From Mantamonas sphyraenae STR306 (lineage: Eukaryota > Protista > CRuMs): 64,000 nt of DNA. The notes under the pieces are model-generated. The model saw nothing but the letters and a program-made list of their open reading frames with translations. It was not told where the DNA came from and searched no databases. Position 1 is the first letter of the stretch. Every line of letters starts with the position of its first letter. Below are positions 37,652 through 48,500 of this stretch, one piece after another. The DNA lies in assembly GCA_026936335.1 (NCBI GenBank), contig JAPMXV010000029.1, forward strand, positions 248,001-312,000. The letters run 5' to 3'. Made by a program: the position numbers and the translations under genes.

Positions 37652-39531
37652 ATGGTGGCCAAGAGCACGCAGTCCCTTCTGTTTGGCATCGTTCTCGGCG
37701 CATTCCTCATGCACAACCTCCACACCATCATGCACCAGGACGACATTCTCATACACAGCACCAAACACACCGATCATCACTCCAAAGGTCCTCGTGCCCC
37801 GTCTGCTCCGCCTCCTTCCCAACAACTCGAGGCCAACTCCGACGACCCCAACCTCGAAGCCTCCCCCGCCCGTCCCGCGTCCCCTTCTCCCACTTCACGG
37901 CCCTCTGCGTCCACCTTGGCACCCCACACGCCCCAAAAGACTGCTTCCCGTCCTGCCACACAGGCCACTCCCTCCACGGCCCCGCCCAAGGCCGCCGGTG
38001 ACGCCGACAAGCTGCGCCCGCGTACCCCGAAACCACCCAAACCCGTCGCCACCTCCCCAGGAACCGACCATGTATATTCCCTGCTCCTCAATGATTGGCT
38101 GCCCAAGCGTGCCTCTTCCCAGGCCTGCGAGGCAGACATGGGCTTCACCCTTGCCAAACTTGGGAGGCCAAACGGGCAACCTACTGCCAACCCGAGGCCG
38201 GCGTCGACCAAACCACCCACCAGCCCAACGATCCCTCTCAATCTGCCCTCTACTGCTTCCGCTACCGACAGTCCGGTCACAGTGGGCCCGACTCCTTCTG
38301 CGATGCTTTCAACCTCAAGATGGACTACTCCCGGCTCACCACAATGCGCAACGGCGCCTGGCCCGTACGTCCCTTCCCGTCCCCGTGCCTGCCATTTCAT
38401 TTCCGCCCTGCCCTCCCGTTGCTTCTCCTGTGTTGCGCTGTGTCGTGCTGGTGTGCTCTCTCTCCCTCTCTGTGTCTGTGTATGTGCTCACCCCTCTCCT
38501 TGCCCCATCACCGACAAAACCAGGCGGTGGCTGGCGAGTACCGATACTTTGACCTGCCTGAAGGCACCATGCAGGGAGCATGCACCAAAACAAGCAACTT
38601 CAACACCAATCCGTGGCCACAGGGCCATTTCCAGCAGATCCTGAGACCAATCATGGTCGGGTACGGAGACGGCGCCTCTCCTCGCGACTTTTCCGCCTGC
38701 AAGCATGTCGTCGAGCATCCCACCCTCTTTGTCGCCAGGGACGGCAAGTGGAACCTGTACCATTCCATGGCCGACTTTGTCAACGCCTTTCTCGTCCTTG
38801 AGGCTCTCCAGGTGCCCACGGAAGATGTCCAGGTTGTCATTTTTGATCAGGATGTCCTCGGTCCCTACATCCCGCTGTGGCAGAAAGCCTTCTCACCCAA
38901 CTATCCCGTGCTCACTGGAAAGCCTCTCCAGGAGAGGGGGGACACTGTGTGCTACAAGAGAGCCATTGTCGCCCTTCCGGGCGTTTCCTCCTTTATGTGC
39001 AAAGACATCTCCACCACCAACCCATGCCACGGCTCAGACGTCCTCACCGCCTTTGGCATGCATGTCATCAAAAGCTTTGGGCTGCATTCTGTCCAGCTCA
39101 AGGCACCCGTGGTCATCACCCTCATCAGCAGGCGGCCTCACCCGGAAAAGAAAAACATGGATCGCACCACCGAGAACGAACCCGAGCTCGTCAAGGCCGT
39201 CCAGGCAAAGTACCCGAAGGAGAAGGTTATCATCCAGTGTCTTGACTTTGCAGAGTACACGTTTGACCAGCAGCTGGAGATTGTCCACGGCACCAACGTG
39301 CTTGCCGGCGTGCACGGCGCTGGCCTCACGCACCTCCTCTTCCTGCCCTCCTGGAAGCGCAACACTGCTGTCATCGAGTTTGCTCCCACCTACGGCCAGC
39401 ATTATGCCAATATGGCCCGCTGGGCAAACAGCAAGTACATCTTCCTCTCCGACGGTGCCTCGCGCAAGAACGTCGACACGTGGCTCGGTGGCATCCAGCA
39501 GGCTGTCGACCATGTGTTGCAGAAGCCATGA
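37652..39531 (+). CDS. GT61 glycosyltransferase, EOGT-like; type II membrane topology; intron 38365-38523, apparent -1 frameshift at ~38157
   Basis: N-terminal anchor LLFGIVLGAFLM and Pro-rich stem. NLYHSMADFVNAF, VCYKRAI, ITLISRR, ENEPEL, FDQQLEIVHGTNVLAGVHGAGLTHLLFLP, YANMARW are collinear with GT61/EOGT motifs. Confidence 0.85.
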
Positions 39532-39579
39532 GCAGCAGTCGTCATCAATCCTTCCTTTTCTTCATTTCCTCTTTCCATT

Positions 39580-42500
39580 TTAGTCGTCCTCTTCCCACGC
39601 CTCACGTCCCACCGTTTGGTGGTCGGCGTCGATGCTGATGCACTCTGTGCACGCATACAAAAACTTCTTGGACATGATTTCCACACTGCTGTACGTGGGA
39701 AGCTCGACCTGGAAGAAGCACGTGTGTGCAATGGGCAGCATCAGGTCCACGTCACTGCTGGGGCTCGACACCTTGATCACCTCAAACTTTTGCGTAAAGT
39801 CGGTGTCCGAGATCGGCAGCCGCGAACGGCCCCACACGAAGCGCAGAAACAGCTGTCGCTGCGCCGCCGTGAAACTCTCCAGCATTTCCCACATCATCTG
39901 CACCGTCGGGTCCTCGTCCGTGTAACCGTAGTTGTACTTTGTGTTGCGACGCAGCAGTTCCAGATCCACGTCCCTGCGTCCGCACACCTTGACCTCCAGC
40001 TCCTGCCATGTGAACAGTGGCAACAGATGGATAGGCACAATGGTAGCCAACCCCTCTCGGATGGCGTCCAGCTGCACCGTAAACTCCGACAGGCGGAACT
40101 CCTCCACAAGCCGCACATACTCCAACCTGTTGTTCCACGTCACCGGCTGCTCCGACCCGCCCGGACGCAGTTCCACCTCTGTGCCTGCGCTGTTGAACGT
40201 CGTAAAGTTGTACTCAAACACGCTTGCAAAGTTGCTCTCGTCCACACCCGCCGGCACGTTGACCAGCTGGTCCAACGAGTCGCACACCGCCGCGTCCACG
40301 GCATACAGATCGTTGCGGTCCAGGCGAGCCTTGACCAGGCTCTTCCACACAATCGACGGCAGATCCAGCATCAGGATGTGCTTGCCTCGCAGTGCAAAGC
40401 CCATCATCTTGCCCACAAACGCATACATCGACAGGTTGATCGCCTCGGTCGCCTCCGGGTTCGGCACCCACATTTCCTGGTTGTCACCAAATCCCTTTTG
40501 GTTCTGGCACGGAATAAACAGCGGCGTGTGGTCGCTCATCAGATCCACGCACATCGACGTCATGCAATCGCGGAACAGACCGCCTGCATCGATGCCTCCC
40601 AGTCCTTGGAACTCCACACGGAATGTGTCGCCCGCCTGTCGCAGTGCGCTCGCATCCATAAAGTGCAGCGCCTGGTAGGCCTGCCCAAATACAGAGCGAA
40701 TGCCCTGTGGGTCGCCGCGTTCGTACGCCCGGGCCGCCTTGGGCTGGCTGATGGTGATTGTCGGACGCGAGTCGTGCGACATCGTGCTCTCCAGAATGTG
40801 TGTCCACAGACGCATCTTGGACTCGCTAAACACAATCGAGCGCAGCGACGCCACACGGTACGCCAGCGACCACTCCTGGTGCGCCTGAGAGAAATCGATC
40901 AGCGGGAGCATGCGCTGCAGGTGCACGTTGAAGATCTGCATGGCTGTGAAACGGTCCACAAGCACCTCTGTGGCCACGTCTCCAAACGTGCTGCTCAGGT
41001 CGGCACCGCTCAGCACCTGAGCAGGCGAGACACTCTGAACACTTCCCTCCAAGCCCAACTCCACCATGCGCGCAGACACAAGCGCCACCAGCTTGCCATC
41101 CAACGCCATGCTCCACGATTGCTGCAGGCGCACCATGTGTTCATACTCGGCCATAGGCACAACCATCGGGTCTGGTTCGCATCGTGCGCTGTTCTGAGAC
41201 GAGTTGTACACCCGGGTTGCCTCCATGATCTCCGCCACTTCGCTTGCCTCCAGCGTGCGCGCGTGCAAGGTGACGCCAAACACATGTCCACGCACGTTGT
41301 TGGGAGAGTACGTTTGGTTGCTGTTCAGCGGTACGCCAAACACAAGCGGGTAGTCGTTCGGCTTGTGGCGTCCGTCAATGGTCATTTCGCCTTCGGCCGT
41401 GCCATTCACGTACAGTTTCAGCTTGCGTGAACTCATGCTGACAGACACGTGCGTCCACGTGTCCTCCGCCACCTGCGACGTCGACGACACGGTCGTTGTC
41501 CAGTTTGCCGTGCTGCTCATACTCGCCTGCAGCCTGTTGTCTCCTTCCCCCGGTGTCAGCACCAAGTGCGGGTATCGGGTCTGCCTGTTGTCGCTGCCTT
41601 TCATCATGATGACGCCTCCACTAGACAAGCATTCTGCGTCCAACTTCAGCCAGAAGCTCAACGTGAAGTTTTCGTCCATCAGCGGCTCGACGCCGGTCAC
41701 CACGTGTCGGTTGCTTCCGTCCAAACGCAACACCTGATCGCCCAGCTGGCTGCTCAGGTGTGTGTACGCTGCACGGGCCTTACACAAGCGCAGGGTGTCC
41801 ATCAGCATCCAGTCCGACACAATGGAGTCACATCTGCCCATGAGGGCATCCTGCGATCGCGACGACAGCTCCACAATCTGGTCAAACAAAGCCGGGCGTG
41901 CCACCACATGCACGCGCGTGTTGTTTGCATACGATTCTTCTGTGTGGTCCAGCTCCAACAGCTGCAGGTGTGTCCCGCTCAGGCGCTCCACCAAGGCCGC
42001 GTGTGCCGCGCTCTTGGCCGCCACCTTTTGCATCTTCTGTTGCCCAGTGCCAGCCACGTCCGGCACAATGACAAGTGTGTCGTACGCCAACTGCAGCTCT
42101 GCCGCGCTGCTGTTGTCGGCGCCCACGTTGAAGATCCCGTCGACGCCGCCGCCGCCACCTTGCCATTCGTCAAACACTGTGTTGCTTGCTTTGAACGAAA
42201 GGCACGCGTCACCAGCATTGCTCAGCATGTCTTGCACTTTGGCTGTCACGTCCACACACTCCTCCGGGTTGCTCGTGTCACCAAACACCGCACTTGTCAC
42301 CACCATCACGCAGCGGCCCACCTGCGACAAATCCAGCGTCGGCCCGTTGCTGCCAGACGACGCGGACCCATCGTACGCGGTGGTCACAAGGCGGCTCAAG
42401 TCGTCATCTTTGCCAGCCTTGCCCTTGGCCTTGCCCTTATCGGAAGAGGACGAGGAAGAGGAAGAGGACAAACTGTTGTCCTCCTGCATGCCTGCGTCAC

Positions 42501-45500
42501 GCACCAGCGAGTACGACTTGAGTCCCAGCGACAGCTCGTTGCCGCTGCTGTCGTCACTCGTCTCGCGATGCAGCACCTCGGCCATGCTGAGAAGCTCAAC
42601 CAGGTTCTGCAGGTATGACGAGAAGATGGGTGTCTGCGAGCCCGATGCGGCGGTCTCCTTTGCGTAGATGTCGTTAAAATCCTTGCGGATGCGACGCAAG
42701 CGCCTCCACTTGGGCATACGCTGCAGCTTGCCGTCTTGCGTGGCTGCGGCGTCGCGCAGTTCGTGCAACACGCGCAGCAGCATCTCGATACCCTTGGAGC
42801 GTGCGTCCGGCTTGTTCGATTGGCGCACATACCAGATCAGCGCATCGGCAAGGTCCACCGTGTAGTGTTCCTTGACGTACGCCGGGCCCTCGCGCAGCAG
42901 CATGTCCAACAACCAGGCGCCAAGCTCAAAGTTGAGGCCGCCCAACGCCTGCAGATCGTTCAGGCGCCATTCCAGGGGGGCCACCTTGACGCGGTAGCCC
43001 CAATAGGTGGTGCCGAAACCGCTCGTGAAGCGCAGGTACACACGGTCCGAGTTGACCACAAACGGACGCCAGTTGCTGCCCTGGCCGTTGTAGCTCTTGA
43101 TCATGTGCTGGTACTGCTCGTCGCGGTAGAATGCCAGCGACGTCAGGGCGTCGTTGTTGGTGTGGCAGCGCGTGTCAAACATGACCAGCAGCTTGGAAGC
43201 ACCCACAATGCGCACCTCCTTGCGCGAGTCCTTGCTGGATTCGTACGGGTGTGCGCTCTCTTCCATGACCACCGGCGGCGGTACCTGCACCGCTGCACAA
43301 AGTGGAGAATGGTTTCTTGGGTCAGGATCTGTGTCAGGCTGCTCTGGCTGTACAGCAGCGCGTTCTCCTGGCGGATCTGATCCACCTGCTCCAGCGTCAC
43401 TTCGGCACTCTTGACAATACCCTCGGACGCCTCGACCTTGGACTTGCTTCCGCGCTTGCCTTGGTGTGCGTACGGCAGATTCTGCAGGTTCAACGGGATG
43501 TACTCGGAACCCGTCGACTCGCTGTGCAGAAGCTGACACAGCTTCTGGCGCAGCGAGTCCAACAGAGGATGCGTCGTGGTGCTTGTGGCCCGGCCTGCAA
43601 ACAGCACCTCTCCTGCGGCGAGCTTGAGAAGGTCAATCATAGCCTGTGCGCCGCCAAGCGAGCTCAGCGTGAAGCCAGAGTCCAAATCGTCACTGGGCCA
43701 CTCGGACAGCAGCGACAGCACAGCGTGGCGGATGTTGAGGATGGACAGAGCGGCGCCGATCTCCTCCACGGCGTTGTGGACCACTGCGCGAGGCGCGTTC
43801 TTGAACGCGGCGCACGGGTCTGTCCACAGCTGCGTGGGCTTCTCCAACAGGTCGATGTGCAGGCGATGCAGGTCGCGCACGGCCGTTTCCGGGTTGTAAA
43901 ACAGCATGAGCACGCTCTGCGTGTTGACGTCTGCGTCGACAACCACACCTGTGCGTCCAAACACACGCTGCACGCGCGGGTTCCACTCGCTGCGCTTCTG
44001 GATGTTGGATGCATGGTCCGCCACCCTCAACAACAGGCCTGGGATGGCTTCTTCGATGGTTGGCACATTCGCGCTGTGCGAGCTTTGCACAGCGTTGACA
44101 ATACCCACAGGGATGTTGCGTTCGATTTCCTGTCGCAACAAGTTGGTGGCGTCATTGCCAAAATGTTCGTCCCCTTCTGCACGTGCATCCTCCTCTTCTT
44201 CGTCGCTGCTGTACTCTGCGTCATCATCATCATCATCATCATCATCATTTTCGTCATGGTCGCCGTCGCCGTTTGCACCGCCCGCCGCTTCCGACTCGGC
44301 CAGGCTTGCCGCAAGCACAGCTGCGAGCATGTCGTCTTCGTCTTGCTGGCCACCTCCGGCGCCGAAAAAGTCCGTGCCGCCGCCGCTGTTGCTGTTGCTG
44401 TTGCTGTTGCTTGCGCCACCGGACTCTGCCTCGGCTGCGCTCTGGTTGCGGATCTCCTGTTCCTGCTGGTACATGCGCTCGCTCTGGGCAATCATATCTG
44501 CCTCCATCTTTTCCATTTCCTTGAAGCCATTCTCGTACAGCCAGTTTCCAGCCATGTTCATGTCGTCGTTGTGCTTCTCCAGAGCGATGATGCACAGCTC
44601 CAGCGGGAAGAAACCCATCATCATGACAAGCTCCTCGGCCAGGGTGCGCCTGTTGAGCTCGGCTTCCGTCATGACGTACTCCTGTTCCGCAGCCTTGTTC
44701 TCCAGCTCGTCGAGATAGCCCTCGGGCAGCGTCTGCACAAAGTCGTACAGGAAGGGGCTCTGGCCAAAGTTGACCTGCATCGTGACGCCGTATGTGCAAG
44801 CGCCAATGATGGGCGTGAAGCGACCCGACACGTTGTCAAACGCCGTTTCGATGAGCTTGCCGTTCTTGGTGAAGTAGATGGTCTGCCTGCGGATGTTCCA
44901 GCCGCAGCCAACCACGTCACCCACTCCAAACTCGGGGCCGTACGGGATCATGTCTGCATACACGTTGGCCTCGCTGGTGTGTGCGACGCACCCGGTGTCC
45001 GAGTGATACCCGTACGACAACGTGCTGCCCGGCATGCCTTCGAGAAAGACGCCAACGCGAGCAAGGCCAATGGCCACACGCAGAGGCACATCCTGTTGCA
45101 CCGAGTCCACAATCTTGAGCTCAAAGTAGAAAGAGGGCAGGGTGTTTGGGATGGTGCCATTTGCGCGCGCAAAGCTGATCTCCATGAGATGCGGGTCGCA
45201 CACAGATGTAAAGGTGCACAGATTGTGGATCTCGCAGAAGCGGGCCGAGGCACGCTCGACGAGGGTGGGCAGATGGGTCTTCATCTTGCGGAATGGCGAG
45301 TGAGGCACAATGTCCTCCTGCTCCAAGGGCTTGGCGAGCTCTGCGTCCTCCTGCATGCCGTTGAGCTGCTGATACCCGAGTTCCTGCAATCGCAGCATCA
45401 TCAGCTCGAGCTGCACGCCGCTCTTGAACTCGTTCAGAGTGGTCGGCGTCACTGCAGTCTCCATCATGAGGGAGAGGAGACCCGAGGTGTAGCAGCACTT

Positions 45501-48500
45501 GGCAGAGGCCGAGTGATGCATGAGGGCAGCCAGAGCCTTGAGGGCCACGCTGCGCAGTTGGCTGTACACACGTGTTCCGAACGAAGTTGCGTCGGGCACA
45601 AGATCGAGGTCATCGATGGTGTTTGCGCTGAGGTCGTCGATGAGGGGCTGGGTGACGGTGACGGGCTGCAGGAAGGCGCGGAAGGTGGGCACGAGGTCGT
45701 CGTCGAGTGGCAGGGCATCCAAGCTCGGCTGGACATCTGGCAGCACATGCAACTGGGCAGGATCCATGTTGACCACCGTTTTCAGGGAGCTGTCAAAGAT
45801 GACGCCGGCCTGTGCGCTCTGGCGATCGTAGCGGATGACGATACCCCGTTCGCGCACCTCGTTGCCGTGCTCAGTGTTGACTACCTCGACGCGTGCACCC
45901 ACACGCAACGTCTCTGTATCACCGCCGAGCACTCGCAGAGCCGTCATGATGTAGCGGACAGTCTTTGGATCGACGTCGTCTCGCAGGGCAGGTGAGCCGT
46001 CTTGCACCAGCGAGGGCACCTGCATGAGCAGCGATTTGACAAACTTGACCATGGGATCGCGCCACGCCTCACTTAGCAGCAGGTGGCGCAACAGACCAAT
46101 CATCTCCGAGCCAAAGGCAAACGTGACCGAGCCGGTCTTGTGGTTGACGGTTGCACTCTGGTCGAAATCCGACGAGTCCGAGGTGCGTCCCGTGGCCATG
46201 GCGTCGTCTGTAGTGCCGCTGGGTCCGCTGCCGACGCCGTCACCGCTGCTGCTGCTCCCGCTGCTGCTTCCGCTGCTGCCTTGGTCCTCGTGCTCATCAA
46301 ACAGAAACGAGTTTGTCGCGATGAGGTGGAAGAAGTAGTCGAAAATGTCGGCAAATGGCATGACCATGAGAGACTGGGTGCGCACAAGGCCCCTCTGCTG
46401 GGGCTGCGGGGTGTTTGCGACGGCCTGGAGGCGAGCCTCCATTTCGTCTTCGTCCAGAAGCGCGTTGAGGAGGCGCAGATCGACAAAGGCAGAGGGTTCG
46501 ACAAAGGGCAGAACGGTGCGCAGGAAGCGCATGGTGAGCAGCTGAATGCGTGGGGTGCCCTTCTTGAGCAGGACAAGGTAGAGGCGAAGGAAGCGTGCTC
46601 CACTGACGTGGAAGGCGGCCACCGCAGAGCGAGTGAGGGAGATGAACAATGTGAGCTGTGCAAAGACCTGCTGCTCCAACAGCTGGTACTGGCGCAGATC
46701 GGGGTCTTGCAGGTCGGCAAAGGTGACCTTGTCGTCTTTGGGTGCATCGGGATTGAACCACACGTGCTTCTTGCCCTTTGCGTCGCCCTGTTCCTCGGAA
46801 TCACCCGTGCTCGCCTTGGAAGCTTGTGCCTGAGAGGAGCGCATGGCTTCTCGTGCAGCGATCTCCTTGTCGCGTGCCTGCTCGATGGACTTGGCGAGGT
46901 CTCCCAAGCGGTGGATGTCTGATTGAAGCGAGGCAAAGGCGCGCTCAATCACACCCTGCTGCATGCGGTCGAGCATGCGCTGTTCGGGGGTCACGTTGAC
47001 GAGGGCGCGCAGAGAGATGTACTGCTGGACAAGGGTGGCCCTGTGTGCAATGTCCGGATGGGAGGACTCGTGGACGTTGCGCACGCGGTCGAGCATGGAA
47101 AGTACCTGGTGGCGCAGGAGGTGCTGGTGGTAGTCTGCGTCAAAATGATGCACAAACGGGTGGAGGAGAAGGGCGTGGTCGAACGAACGCGCAGTCTTGC
47201 GCGAGGAACCCAGATATCCTGTGATGGCAGCAAAGAAGTTTGCAAACACCTCGTTGACCTGGTGCTCGATCTTCTGGCCGCAGGATTGGATGTCTGCGAG
47301 GTGGGACGGGTGGCCGCCGACCTTTGGGTTGATGGCAAAGACGACACGAAGCATGTCTTCGGCCAGCGGGGAGCCGTCTGCAGCGTCCTTGTCGAGGGTG
47401 CGCGTGAGGAAGGACAGGGCGCTGATACGATCGCTTGCGCGCTGGATGCGCTGCTCGATGGCCTTTTGGAAGCTGGTGCAGGGCAGGTCGTGCTTCATGA
47501 TCGTCTGGATGAGATCAATAAGCGAACTCTGTGCGTCCTGGCGAGCTTCGGTGCTGGACGAACCTGCGTGTGAGGCATTGTCGCGCAAAATCTGCATGGT
47601 GCGCCAGATGTTGAGCACCGATCGCCACATCTGAAGCGGTTGGTTGTCTGCGTCGAGCGTGTTGACGCGTTGCAGAGCAGGTCGCGAGGCCTTGGGTGGT
47701 TTGCCCGCAGAGGAAGAGGAAGAGGAAGAGGAAGAGGAGGTGTTGCCTTCCAGCTCCTCAACGCTGGCCACGGAGCCGAGACTGGTTGTGCGGTCGAGAC
47801 CAGAGGCGCCTGGAGCGCTGCTTGCAAAAAGGGGCGACCGCATGCTGAGGAGCATGGCAGCCTTGTCCAGGGCTTCCTGGCACAGGTGTTCGTAGCTGGC
47901 CTTCTTTTGCAGGACTTCGAGCTTGCGCTGGTGCTCCTTGAGCTCGGCTTCCGTAAGCTTCGGAGCAGCAGCAGAGGACGAAGAGGACGAAGATGACGAA
48001 GAAGACGAGGAGGAACCTGTGGACGAGGACGAAGCTGTGTCTGTGGCTGCAGCAAGCTCCTGTTCGAGGTCTGTGATCTTCTTGGCGCCGTCCTGGTGCT
48101 GGGTGACGATGAACTCCCGGTACTTCTTGGCGAGCTTCCAGATGTTAAGGAGGTCTTTGTCAGGCTTTTCACCATCGGCGGGGACCTGCGGGAGGCCGTG
48201 TGAGAGCATCCCTGTGTGCTTGAGGAGAACGGCGACGAGGGCGCGCTTGGCTGTGTCTGCGTGTGCGCCTCCCATGCGGTCGGTCGCGCGCTTGGGCAAT
48301 TGTGCAGTCATGTAGGCATCAAGGGCCATGGCGAGGCTTCCTTGAGTGCCCTTGAGAAGGTCCTGGAGGAAAAGAGCCGAGGCAGACAGTTTGTCCGACG
48401 AGGTGGAGGCGGAAACTGCTGCGGAGGAGAGTCCCGAGGAGGAGGATGCACTAAAACGTGACGAGGAAAGGCCCATACGGAAGAGATCTGAGGCTAGGAG

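Noticed and set aside
39592-39701. Two CGTGGGAA CSL consensus sites on opposite strands
   Set aside because: They lie inside the HECT coding end, about 100 bp apart and not in paired-site spacing. This is compatible with chance, and this CSL's DNA-contact residues are altered.
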